A stretch of DNA of 64,000 nucleotides, taken from IMG/VR virus record IMGVR_UViG_3300004151_000006, positions 1-64,000 of that record. One strand, 5' to 3'. Made by a program: the position numbers and the translations under genes. A model generated the notes under the pieces. The model searched no databases. It worked only from the letters and a program-made list of their open reading frames with translations, and was not told the origin of the DNA. Origin of the DNA: a virus. This document shows positions 43,941 to 54,038 of the stretch, piece after piece. How positions within the stretch are numbered: position 1 is the first letter of the stretch; the number at the start of each line of letters is the position of its first letter.

Positions 43941-44630
43941 ATGACCCCAAAGAGAAAAAAAGTCCAGGACTTTATTCTTTCACATCTAAGGATACTCGAT
44001 CCTGAAGGAGACAATGTCTCTAGATATGAAAAGTTTTTCAGTGATCTATCTGATGTGCAGTTTGATGAATATATGAAAGACCTTAAGGATAATAAAGATC
44101 AGATCTATATCTTTGTACCACCACTCAAGACTGTACTCAAGATGGAAAATATCTTAAAGACTAATGATGCTTTGGGTATGGATCTCTTTGAAAGAGTGTG
44201 GCTCACAGATACTGCTACTGGTAATGTATATCTTACTCCACAAAAATATTTGATCTTAGAATTACCCATTAGGAGATTTAGACAATATCTTCAACATAAG
44301 TTATCAGTACCTGATGATGATAAGCGAATCGATCTACTCTCAGGTCAGGTCACTAAACCAGATAAAGCTGCTTCTTTATCTTACGTAGAAATGCAAACAT
44401 TAGCTGCTAGAGATCTTCACAACACTATTGCTGAATTAGCTAAATATCGTGGTGGTGATATCCATGCATATGCTGAATTTCGAAGACAGTTGGAAGAAAA
44501 TGGTACTGCTAATGTATCACTTGACAGTACTGGAAGTATGGCTCGAAGTACAGTCATATTAGATGTATTTTTATCTGGTATGCATATTGATTCCAATATT
44601 GTCACTAAAGAATCTGGAGATGTTGTATGA
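43941..44630 (+). CDS. hypothetical protein (229 aa)
   Basis: AAGGAG upstream; ATGA overlap with the next gene. Confidence 0.8.
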   Translation: MTPKRKKVQDFILSHLRILDPEGDNVSRYEKFFSDLSDVQFDEYMKDLKDNKDQIYIFVPPLKTVLKMENILKTNDALGMDLFERVWLTDTATGNVYLTPQKYLILELPIRRFRQYLQHKLSVPDDDKRIDLLSGQVTKPDKAASLSYVEMQTLAARDLHNTIAELAKYRGGDIHAYAEFRRQLEENGTANVSLDSTGSMARSTVILDVFLSGMHIDSNIVTKESGDVV

Positions 44631-46162
44631 GTGTCATGTCTACAGTATCAAGTGCAGTCAGTACAGTCAAAAGTGTTGTTGGTGCTGTCACTGGATTGGT
44701 GGGTACTGCTAATGGCATCATATCTAAAGCTAGTAGTTTAGCAGATGCTTCTATCGAAAGTGTCATTAGTAGTTTACCTATCTCATCTGGATCATTTTCT
44801 AAAATCACTGATGCACTCACTACAGTTGGGAGTATTTCAAGTATTGTATCTGGTGGTACATCCCAAGCATTATCAAAAGTAAAACAACTGTTAGGTGGTG
44901 CTGGTGAAGCCTTATCTAATCCCATTTCATTTGTTACTAAGACTTTAAAAGATACTGTAGATGGATTTTCTTCTTCTAAAGATCTTGGATCCACTATAAG
45001 TGATGTGCTTAATATAAATCCAAAATCATTATCGGCTACTGCTTCTCGTGCTGGATTATCTAGTATTTCTACAGTAAGTGAACTCAATGATGCATTAGTC
45101 AATATCACTGATGCTGTATATAGTGGTGCATATACAGCTACCAATATAGTGTCTGCTACTTATGATACTGCATCTACAGTGACGGATGGTCTAAGTAAAC
45201 TCATCAGTGAAGGTATTCAATCTAATTTATCACTAGCCGATAATATTCGTTCTGGTATAAATTATAGTGTTTCACAAACAGTAGCTGCAGCTACAGATAG
45301 TGTTTCATTATTACAAACTGGAAATACTAATGTGACTAAGAATATTATTAATACTGCAGTATCTACATTACCATCTACTATCAAAGATACTGTTGGATAT
45401 CTTGATACCACCTTAATCAACACTCAAAAGACCCAAGTCTCTAATAGACTCACTGAATCTATCAATGCACTTAGTAATGAAATAGATTACATTTCAACTA
45501 CTAAAGATAGTTATAATAAAATATTAGCTAAGACCACTGTCAACTATCCAAGATTTATTGATAGTGCTGGTAATGAAGTATCTACAATAGTCAATGATAC
45601 TTCTCAATTATCACAATCTCAAATCAAGAAACTTTTAAAAACCATTCAAAAAGTATGTCCCGATATAAAGATACCTAGTGTGACTAATTTTGATGAAATG
45701 AAAGCTTTGTATGATGTGACCCTAGATATTATCTGTAAAAATGGTATGGTAGATGCACTCACCATTATGCTCACATATACTACTTATTTTGATACACGTA
45801 GTATCTATGTACTCAAATCACATTTAAATGAAATAAAAAAGACAGGTAATCTTAATTTATATAAAACTATTGTATTAGCAATTGGTCCCGGTAACATAGC
45901 TACTCCTGAAGCAGATCTTAAGATCTTAATTGCTAATACTATTTTGAGTGATACTAAATTGGCTATGATAGATGAATTATGTATATTGCTACAAATTCCA
46001 TTGAGTAAACTCATTGCAGGAAACATGTATGGTGATCAAATATCTATCAATACAACCAATGTAACTTTATTATCTGCTACTGATACTAAACTATTGGACA
46101 ATACTATTACACCTACAGTGCGGAATATGGCATTACAAATGAAAATAGCCTATGGAAAATAA
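44627..46162 (+). CDS. Ser/Thr-rich hypothetical (probably virion) protein (511 aa)
   Basis: ATGA coupling; the N-terminal ~300 aa are dominated by S/T/V/G low-complexity sequence. Confidence 0.8.
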   Translation: MSVMSTVSSAVSTVKSVVGAVTGLVGTANGIISKASSLADASIESVISSLPISSGSFSKITDALTTVGSISSIVSGGTSQALSKVKQLLGGAGEALSNPISFVTKTLKDTVDGFSSSKDLGSTISDVLNINPKSLSATASRAGLSSISTVSELNDALVNITDAVYSGAYTATNIVSATYDTASTVTDGLSKLISEGIQSNLSLADNIRSGINYSVSQTVAAATDSVSLLQTGNTNVTKNIINTAVSTLPSTIKDTVGYLDTTLINTQKTQVSNRLTESINALSNEIDYISTTKDSYNKILAKTTVNYPRFIDSAGNEVSTIVNDTSQLSQSQIKKLLKTIQKVCPDIKIPSVTNFDEMKALYDVTLDIICKNGMVDALTIMLTYTTYFDTRSIYVLKSHLNEIKKTGNLNLYKTIVLAIGPGNIATPEADLKILIANTILSDTKLAMIDELCILLQIPLSKLIAGNMYGDQISINTTNVTLLSATDTKLLDNTITPTVRNMALQMKIAYGK

Positions 46163-46169
46163 TGATCAA

Positions 46170-46202
46170 ATGGTGCAGGGTCCTTTAAGGACCCTGCACC
46201 AT
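46170..46202 (+). terminator. GC-clamped hairpin (ATGGTGCAGGGTCCTT / AAGGACCCTGCACCAT)
   Basis: About 15-bp perfect stem 8 nt after the stop. Confidence 0.55.
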
Positions 46203-46315
46203 CCATATCAATTTTGTATATATATTATTTTAATGAATCACAGTCCTATTGTTTGTATTAATAGGACCAATGAATCCACAAATATCACATATGTCACAAT
46301 GAAGGTGGATTACGT

Positions 46316-47626
46316 ATGACTCCGAATCACTGCACCACCAATCTCTATGATGGAGTCCGATCTGTACTTGGAGAACGGGCTATTAGATATGATGCAGAAT
46401 GTTGTAATGATAGACTCTTATCTCCAGAATATGGTACAGCCACATATATTGAATCAAAATGGGTCATCAATAGTAGCAAACAACCACTCTATATATTTCC
46501 GGGTTTTAATGTTGGTCAAAATGAAAGTGTTGGTGAAATACCCCCAGCATTGACAGGTAACAGAGGTCAGACTCAAGAAAACATTTATAGAAATGGTAAA
46601 GAAGTGGTGACTATTCGTGGATATGGATACTCTGGTAATGATCTCAGTGGATTTAGAAGACAAGATGGTATACCAAGTGGAAAATTATTTGAACAGTCTA
46701 TTTTTATAGATGAACTAATGGTACATCCAATCTATATTCCAAAATTCAATATGGTGTTGGGAACTGTATATCAAAAGCATATCTTGGAAGAATATCATCC
46801 ACTATCCAATCGATTCTATCAACAACAACGTGAGCTTTATACTCAGATGTGGTATAATGAACATCCTGAAGCAGCTATCTGTGTAGAAGGTAATGATCCC
46901 ACTGGAAAGATTTCACATCTTTATACTGTTATCAATGGTATCTCCATATTCACTAAAATAAATAATCATCAGAATGCTACATCATTTGCACAGATCAGAT
47001 TTAATATCCCAGATAAATCTATTTTAGAATTTGATATGTCTAAAGTGTTAGGTGGGTGTGAAGTAAAATATTTTGGTAATTCAGATATGCCTTGGATCTT
47101 AGGTGCCAGTAAGGCTTTAGTAGAATCCAAATATAAAGAACATGATATTGGTTTAAAACACCGATATACTGAAGATCAACTGGAAGTAAAAATCAAAGAT
47201 GCTGTGAGCGATATGTCAAATATGGTAGATCGTATGAAATCTAAATTAACAAATGCCGAAACTAAATTAGCGGATGCAGAAAAACTTATACGAGAACTTG
47301 AAACAAAATATACACATACAACTAAGATGGATGAATTACGTGAATCTACTAAACAAAGTATAGTCAAACGTGAAATAGATTATAATCAGTTTGAATATGA
47401 TAAAGAGATAGCTGCATATAAAGCATTGAAAGAAAGACATAGTTATCAAACTAGTGAAATGAACATGCTTGCCACTGGTGTAAAAACTGCAGCTATCGTA
47501 CTTCCAATATTAGCTACAATATACATTGCCACAAGACCATCAAGTATAGCTGTAGCAGCTGTTGCTACAGCTGGTAAAACATTGTATGCTGCTGGTAATG
47601 CTTTTATTGGTCTATTTACAGATTAA
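46316..47626 (+). CDS. hypothetical protein (436 aa) with coiled-coil segment and C-terminal transmembrane region
   Basis: GAAGGTGG upstream; C-terminal AAIVLPILATIYIA...AVAAVATAG. Confidence 0.8.
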   Translation: MTPNHCTTNLYDGVRSVLGERAIRYDAECCNDRLLSPEYGTATYIESKWVINSSKQPLYIFPGFNVGQNESVGEIPPALTGNRGQTQENIYRNGKEVVTIRGYGYSGNDLSGFRRQDGIPSGKLFEQSIFIDELMVHPIYIPKFNMVLGTVYQKHILEEYHPLSNRFYQQQRELYTQMWYNEHPEAAICVEGNDPTGKISHLYTVINGISIFTKINNHQNATSFAQIRFNIPDKSILEFDMSKVLGGCEVKYFGNSDMPWILGASKALVESKYKEHDIGLKHRYTEDQLEVKIKDAVSDMSNMVDRMKSKLTNAETKLADAEKLIRELETKYTHTTKMDELRESTKQSIVKREIDYNQFEYDKEIAAYKALKERHSYQTSEMNMLATGVKTAAIVLPILATIYIATRPSSIAVAAVATAGKTLYAAGNAFIGLFTD

Positions 47627-47677
47627 TGTCTTGTAAGATGTGATGTGTAAAACACATCAGAGGGGTCATCAAGTAGC

Positions 47678-49234
47678 ATGAAAGCTTATGCTAAGATTAT
47701 GGCTGGTGTAGAAGCCGCATTGCCCCCATTTGAGGATGATACCATATGTGAATATAGAAAAAATGAAATCAACCGTAGTTTAGAATATATTGATAATGTA
47801 TGGCATGAAGCTATGCGCTATAGTAAAAATGAAATCAAATATCTTGGATATACAGTATTATCTCCTGAACATAGATTAGATGAGCTTAATGATCCAGCAT
47901 TTAAACGTGGGTATAATATTCAATGGTCAGAACTCATCTTAGTGAGATTTGATTTTTCATTTGAAAATGAAAGAATCTCAGTTCATATGCATTTACCGTA
48001 TTATCGTGATGGTGCTATCACTATTGATGATACTAAATATTATCTTCAATTGGCTATCATTGATAAAATCATTTCACGTATTCCAAATGGTATCATCATT
48101 AAGGTAATGCGTTCACCTATTAAATTCTTTAGACATGAACAGTTTGGCTATGTCACCACTAAAGGTAAATCTTTTATTGAATCTATCATTACTACACAGA
48201 TACATTGGAAGACTAGAAAACGTACAAAGAAAGATCCACAGACTGCACTCCTTTTATATCCTTTAGGTAAATTTGGATTAGCTGAAACATTAGCTAGATT
48301 CGGTATCACATATGACGATTTGTGTTTTGTAGAAGAAGAAGATCTCATGGTGGCCGAAGATGTAGTCTTTGTAAAGATCAAGGAAAAATTGTATCTTAAA
48401 AGTAAATTACATATGTTTACTGGTGAAACTGGACGTATTATTGCTTCACTTATTTATTGTTTAAAATTTTATCGTGATGCCAATATTCAAAATGTATATG
48501 ATACTGTTGGTACTATTTGGAAGATTATTTTAGGTAAAAGTATCCATGGTCATCAAACTCCTGGCCCATTAGCACATAATCATACTGAAAAACATTTTGC
48601 TAGTTTATCCACATATTTAGATTATCTAACACAACATGAACTCACTACCATAGGTGTTTGTGTGGATGATATTTATGATCTTCTTATTGTTGTATTTAAA
48701 AATATTGATAAATGGATAGCTAATTATCGACCAAATAATCTATATGATAAAAAGCTTGGTGTACTTGAACTTATTTTAAGCCCTATTGTAGAAGCTATCT
48801 TTAATAAAATGTATAGTAATCCCAATGATCAGAAGCTCACTATCAAAAGTGTGAGAAATATGCTTAGAGTACCTAGCAAGAAGATAGCTGCTCTTTATAA
48901 ATGTGGGGCTATTCAAGGTGCCACTATCATCAATGATAATGAATTACTCACCATTCAAGGTAAGAAAATCATTCAACCGATTGATGCAGAAAAATCAGGA
49001 AAGAAAGGTAAAGGGAAGCGTCAAGCAAATATCATCACTGATCCAACATATGCATTTGATACATCACAAGTAGTGATTGAATCTATTCTTTCTATACCAG
49101 CTTCAAATCCAGGTGCAGCAGGCTTTATCAATCCCTATGCAAAAATTGATAATAGAGGTAATCTTCTTTGTCCAGAATATGCACGAGATGATCTTGATGA
49201 TCTTAAGCGATACTTACCTTCCCGCAGTGGGTAA
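47678..49234 (+). CDS. multisubunit RNA polymerase beta-like N-terminal fragment (tentative)
   Basis: GAITIDDTKYYLQLAIIDKI...IIIKVMRSPIKFF and KRTKKDPQTALLLYPLG parallel E. coli beta [24 protein letters not shown] and RRRKLPATIILRALN; no C-terminal catalytic beta motifs are present. Confidence 0.5.
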   Translation: MKAYAKIMAGVEAALPPFEDDTICEYRKNEINRSLEYIDNVWHEAMRYSKNEIKYLGYTVLSPEHRLDELNDPAFKRGYNIQWSELILVRFDFSFENERISVHMHLPYYRDGAITIDDTKYYLQLAIIDKIISRIPNGIIIKVMRSPIKFFRHEQFGYVTTKGKSFIESIITTQIHWKTRKRTKKDPQTALLLYPLGKFGLAETLARFGITYDDLCFVEEEDLMVAEDVVFVKIKEKLYLKSKLHMFTGETGRIIASLIYCLKFYRDANIQNVYDTVGTIWKIILGKSIHGHQTPGPLAHNHTEKHFASLSTYLDYLTQHELTTIGVCVDDIYDLLIVVFKNIDKWIANYRPNNLYDKKLGVLELILSPIVEAIFNKMYSNPNDQKLTIKSVRNMLRVPSKKIAALYKCGAIQGATIINDNELLTIQGKKIIQPIDAEKSGKKGKGKRQANIITDPTYAFDTSQVVIESILSIPASNPGAAGFINPYAKIDNRGNLLCPEYARDDLDDLKRYLPSRSG

Positions 49235-49292
49235 TGTTATCAATAAGTATCATTGAGTATATATACTTCAACAACTTTAACAAGGAGTAGGC

Positions 49293-50936
49293 ATGGCTAT
49301 CGGTATGCCACCGTTTCAGGGTGCTATGATGATGCCACAAGCAGAGCACCCACTCACAAATGTATATGATCAGCTTGGTCAAACCCAAGTAATGCCAGCA
49401 TTGGTCAAAGCCTATGGTCTCAATAATCAAGAATATTCAGTGGTAACGCAGTTTTTAAATTCCAATGCAGCTAATTTCTTAAATGATTTTTGTAGTAGAT
49501 ACTTAAATAATCAAGGTGGATATGATCCTAATATGTTGTGCACACTGATGTATAAATTTGCAGAAAATTATTTGGTAGCACATATACGTGGTGCACAAAA
49601 TAGAAATATCCCCGCATTACCAAATGTGTCTGCATTTGCAGCACCACAATTGGCTGCAGGATCATCTATGGATTATTATGCAATTGGTATGGGTAATGTC
49701 AACACAAGTATTGTACCAAATGTTCCACAGAATCAAACTACTGGATATATTCAAGAAGCAATCCCGAATACTCAGCCAGTGCAGAACCATATTGCTGCAC
49801 CAAGACAGGAGACACCTATGGCACCAGTCATTGCACAGGAAGAGGATCCACAAGGCGATATCTCCTGTAGTGTGGATAAATTAGTGATTCAACCACAGAG
49901 TGATGAAGAAAAGAAATGGATGGATATCATCAATTCATCCAAAGCACAGACGTGTAAAGCTATGTTTCATTTTGTCAGTGATAAAAATGGTGAACAGTAT
50001 AAATTCAATCATGTGAAAGTTCATGTCCCCTATTCAAATAAAGAAAATGCTTTTATGGATATGATTACTGCATATCCGCAATTGTTTGTAGGTAACTACG
50101 CTACTTTAATGGAATTTTATACATATCTACCAATGGGTATCCATTTCTCTCAAGGCAAACCCATCTTTGATAATCTGAAAGATAGTTTTAGTAAGAATCC
50201 TTATGCACTTGGAAACCGTGTATTGGAACAATCTTTTGGTCAAGCTTATGGTGGTCAGGTCAGTATCATTTCTGAAGATATGATACGTATGCTCAACAAT
50301 ATGTTTGGATGTTATCTCAGCAAAGTGGATGCCAACAATCATGTAGAAATTTGTAAAATTGAAGAATTAGTTGATATCATTGCTATCCAGCAGGGGACCG
50401 ATCCAAGCTTGACAAATTTCACTAAATTTGAAATGTATAATGATAATGCTCTTGGTTGTGTGAAAGCAGCAATCAATGCATATTTTCATATTTTGGATCC
50501 TGAACGTAGACCTTATCTCAGATGTGAAGATGAAGAAATGAATCTGGCTGCATCTATGGAGATGAGTGGTATCCGTGTAGGCGATTATATTGGTCGTGAT
50601 TTTAATCTGATGCATGAAGAAAATGAAAACGTAATTAAATCTATCGTAGATCAATTGCGTAAGCGTACTATTGGACTCAAGAAACATACTGTACTCTTTA
50701 CTAACATTGATTTTCCTGATACTAAACGTATCGCAAAATATGGTCGTATCGCTATCAAGAAAGTGAGACATCCTTTGTATTTTATCTTGCAACATTTGGT
50801 AGAGAACTATCCCATTGATTTGTATAATATCGATCTTAAAGAGACTAAAGATGCTATCCCAATGTATCTCAATGTGGGTGTCAGTGTGAATGGTTTTATG
50901 ATCATTAAAATAGCAGATTATGATCCTGCAATGTAG
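49293..50936 (+). CDS. hypothetical protein (547 aa)
   Basis: AAGGAG upstream. Confidence 0.85.
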   Translation: MAIGMPPFQGAMMMPQAEHPLTNVYDQLGQTQVMPALVKAYGLNNQEYSVVTQFLNSNAANFLNDFCSRYLNNQGGYDPNMLCTLMYKFAENYLVAHIRGAQNRNIPALPNVSAFAAPQLAAGSSMDYYAIGMGNVNTSIVPNVPQNQTTGYIQEAIPNTQPVQNHIAAPRQETPMAPVIAQEEDPQGDISCSVDKLVIQPQSDEEKKWMDIINSSKAQTCKAMFHFVSDKNGEQYKFNHVKVHVPYSNKENAFMDMITAYPQLFVGNYATLMEFYTYLPMGIHFSQGKPIFDNLKDSFSKNPYALGNRVLEQSFGQAYGGQVSIISEDMIRMLNNMFGCYLSKVDANNHVEICKIEELVDIIAIQQGTDPSLTNFTKFEMYNDNALGCVKAAINAYFHILDPERRPYLRCEDEEMNLAASMEMSGIRVGDYIGRDFNLMHEENENVIKSIVDQLRKRTIGLKKHTVLFTNIDFPDTKRIAKYGRIAIKKVRHPLYFILQHLVENYPIDLYNIDLKETKDAIPMYLNVGVSVNGFMIIKIADYDPAM

Positions 50937-50947
50937 TCAATAGTATC

Positions 50948-50985
50948 TAGATAGAGGATGCCCCATGTGGGGCATCCTCTATCTA
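50948..50985. terminator. GC-clamped hairpin, 17-bp perfect stem (TAGATAGAGGATGCCCC / GGGGCATCCTCTATCTA) with downstream T-run
   Basis: Lies between convergent genes; T10 tract near 51001-51010. Confidence 0.7.
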
Positions 50986-51011
50986 CTATGCATGATATTT
51001 ATTTTTTTTTA

Positions 51012-51866
51012 TTAATCTGTAGAGATGGTATCTCCTGTGACATATATTGAACCCTCTGTGAATAAAAAGCGTCTTGTATCCGTAGCTGAAGGATGTGACA
51101 TATCAGTACCATTCCAAGTAGTCACAGCACTCATGTAAGTACACATACTTTCAGTGTAACTAAACTTTATACCCTGATAATTAAACGCTTCTACTAAATT
51201 ATCTTCACCTGCATAAACACCAAGTTCAGAAAGTACACCATATCTGAGATCACCATCATAAAGTACATTGATAGCTTCAACCACTTCTTCACCAGTGATA
51301 GAAGCTTTACCAATAGCACAAGTAGTGATCTCACTAAGTGTGGCATCTACCAATCCAGATGTTGAAGGTTTCTTACGTGTAGGTCGAAGATTAGTAGCAT
51401 CTAAAATATATGCTGATTCTTTTTGTGTAACCGGATCAGTATAGATAAATCCAACTTCATCAGTAAATTCAATCTTCTTAAGATAATAACAATAATACTT
51501 GACACCACCAAAAGTCTGGAGTACACGCATACGATATTTAGCACGTTCATTGGGAGTCAGTAGACTATCTTCATCTTCAGGGAGACATCTAAATGGAATA
51601 GGTTTAGCTAAATTCATTTCATCAGTTACGGGCTTATATGTTTCAGAAAGATCAGTATCTGATACATTATATTTACCACCAATACCAATACCAAAATATT
51701 GAATCTTAGGGATAGCTACTGGCTGTACTGCTTGATATACATTATAAAGAGAATTGATAGTACAATCCATATCAGGATTAAAAGTAACAGGAAGTCTTCC
51801 ACATAAACCAAGTTTGGATTCAATGAGTGTCTTAGTGGTATGTACCACCATACGAGAACTATCCAT
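51012..51866 (-). CDS. hypothetical (probably virion) protein (284 aa)
   Basis: GGAGAG 7 nt upstream; 8-nt overlap with the upstream gene. Confidence 0.8.
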   Translation of the reverse strand: MDSSRMVVHTTKTLIESKLGLCGRLPVTFNPDMDCTINSLYNVYQAVQPVAIPKIQYFGIGIGGKYNVSDTDLSETYKPVTDEMNLAKPIPFRCLPEDEDSLLTPNERAKYRMRVLQTFGGVKYYCYYLKKIEFTDEVGFIYTDPVTQKESAYILDATNLRPTRKKPSTSGLVDATLSEITTCAIGKASITGEEVVEAINVLYDGDLRYGVLSELGVYAGEDNLVEAFNYQGIKFSYTESMCTYMSAVTTWNGTDMSHPSATDTRRFLFTEGSIYVTGDTISTD

Positions 51867-53985
51867 CTGTCGACTCTCCTAACAGGTATATGTGCATACC
51901 TGATCTAAAGTTAGTACAAGACTTAATTGCTTGGACTGTAGAAATGAGTTCTTTCTGAGCTATTGATAAATTTGATCGTATTTCAGATTTCATATTAATT
52001 GTACGATTGATATCTGTAAATAATTTGATTTCATTTAAAGTATGAGGAATTGCATCTATCATTAATTCTTGTGGTATCTTCAATGTACCACTATTGTGAT
52101 ATTCTGGGTCACAATGACACTTCATATTAGTAATAACCACATATTCATTTTTATCTCTTGGGGTATCTAAAAATACCACATTATAACTACATAATTGAAC
52201 AAAGAGTTTTCTTAATGTACTATAAAGTTTTTCTAAATATTCAGTAGAACCAACAAGATCAGACATACCTTTAGTGATTGGAAATACTGCCACCAATAAG
52301 GCATTTAATAATTTAGAATAATCTGCTTCATTCTCATTGTAATAATTAATAAGATTGTAATATTCAATATGTCTATCATCATGAAACCATGTAGTATAAT
52401 CAGTATAATCTGATAACTTCAATGTATGTGTTTGTTTATTAAGAAGTGTGGTATAGAGTACTTTCATAGCCCGCACTGCTACATCATTACCTTCACTAAA
52501 AGTATATCTCACATCTCTAAGTAATGCACTGAACAATGTGGTTATATAATCTGAAAAAGTATCTTGATTTCTAAATGTTTCATTAGTATAATGAATGGTA
52601 TTCATGATCTTATCAACATCAATAAATTTAGATAACCTATATTTAACATAAAGATAAGTAAACTCTTTAGGTAACGTTTGTGGATACTTTTTATGATAAA
52701 CTATATTTGTAGTAAATTTGGTCGGTAATAGATCTGGTGTCTCTTTCTGTAATTTACATGCTGCGTAATAGATCAAAGCTAATGCATCTTCCATAGAAAG
52801 TTGCAATAATGTATTTGTGATTGGATCTATCACATTAATGTCATAATCTATCTGACCTTCAATATAGCGATAAATTGTTGTTTCAAATAAAAAATTAGAT
52901 AAAAGATCTTCCCATCTCGTATAAATGGAATTTTTTTTCATTTCTAGAAATTTAGTGGGCATCATGTTGACACGTGTCTTTTGATAATCAGATGTTAATT
53001 TATCCACATAAGCAGTAGAAATATCATGATCTAAGTTGCTATCATAAATACGAAGATTCATTTCTTCAATAGTAGTAGCATCTTTATATTGGACATCATC
53101 CGATACTTTCATGGAAGTGATTTCTGGAATAGTGTCACAAGTAATTGTGCTATTTTTAGTCTGTTGTACAAGATCTTTGCCATAGAGTGTAATAGCCATT
53201 TCACTCAATATATTATCTGCCAATACCTGCATGGTATTATGTTTACCCTGATTTTTATATACCCATTTTAAATTTCTATACAACCATAAAGATTGTTTAT
53301 TGGTCAATACATCCCTATAATCCCCAATTCCTTTGGAGGTAAGATACTCCCATACGTGAAATGGATGTACATGCGGGGTACCTATGTTATACACTCTTTT
53401 ACTGAATAGTATGTTTGGTAAAGCTTGCCAAAGCATATAATAAAATGCTTGTGGATAAAGATCTTCAAATACATATTCTGTAGTCCACCATCTCACTTTG
53501 ACATAATTAAGAAATTCTCTTAATGTATCAAGTAAACTTTCTCTTTCATATTCATATAACAAAGTATCATCATAAGCAAGTAATGATAATTCATCTGCAT
53601 CAATACAAGTTTGCACATCCTTGACTGGATATAAAATAGATCTGATGAGATGTGTTTGATGTGGATACTTTTTACATAAAAGAGTATGTTCTTTACTCGG
53701 TATCTTAAAAAATTCAAAGAGTCTTGGTCTTGTAATAGCTAATGATTTTTCAAATAAAATCTCTTTATCATCTTCTTTAGAATAAATATACATTGGGGTA
53801 TCGTATGATTGGTATTCTCCGCACAAATTATGATAATATGGATTCCAATCTGCATTAATATCAGTATATCCATTTGCTAACATGAGTTGTTCACCATATA
53901 TATATGAGAATGGTGAAAATTTGATAGTACATGTTCTTAAGAAATTAAACACCTCATCCCGATATATTGTTACATGACCGGCCAT
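51859..53985 (-). CDS. hypothetical large (probably virion) protein (708 aa)
   Basis: Long ORF, divergent from 54039..56828; no nucleotide-binding motif seen. Confidence 0.85.
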   Translation of the reverse strand: MAGHVTIYRDEVFNFLRTCTIKFSPFSYIYGEQLMLANGYTDINADWNPYYHNLCGEYQSYDTPMYIYSKEDDKEILFEKSLAITRPRLFEFFKIPSKEHTLLCKKYPHQTHLIRSILYPVKDVQTCIDADELSLLAYDDTLLYEYERESLLDTLREFLNYVKVRWWTTEYVFEDLYPQAFYYMLWQALPNILFSKRVYNIGTPHVHPFHVWEYLTSKGIGDYRDVLTNKQSLWLYRNLKWVYKNQGKHNTMQVLADNILSEMAITLYGKDLVQQTKNSTITCDTIPEITSMKVSDDVQYKDATTIEEMNLRIYDSNLDHDISTAYVDKLTSDYQKTRVNMMPTKFLEMKKNSIYTRWEDLLSNFLFETTIYRYIEGQIDYDINVIDPITNTLLQLSMEDALALIYYAACKLQKETPDLLPTKFTTNIVYHKKYPQTLPKEFTYLYVKYRLSKFIDVDKIMNTIHYTNETFRNQDTFSDYITTLFSALLRDVRYTFSEGNDVAVRAMKVLYTTLLNKQTHTLKLSDYTDYTTWFHDDRHIEYYNLINYYNENEADYSKLLNALLVAVFPITKGMSDLVGSTEYLEKLYSTLRKLFVQLCSYNVVFLDTPRDKNEYVVITNMKCHCDPEYHNSGTLKIPQELMIDAIPHTLNEIKLFTDINRTINMKSEIRSNLSIAQKELISTVQAIKSCTNFRSGMHIYLLGESTDG

Positions 53986-54038
53986 GGCATCTCTCTTCTC
54001 CTTGTTTAAATGATTTTATCTTCTTAGGAGGATATCCT

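Noticed and set aside
44605-45144. 179-aa minus-strand ORF antisense to the Ser/Thr-rich gene
   Set aside because: This is an antisense artefact of a low-complexity coding region. It has no RBS and conflicts with the ATGA-coupled plus-strand gene.
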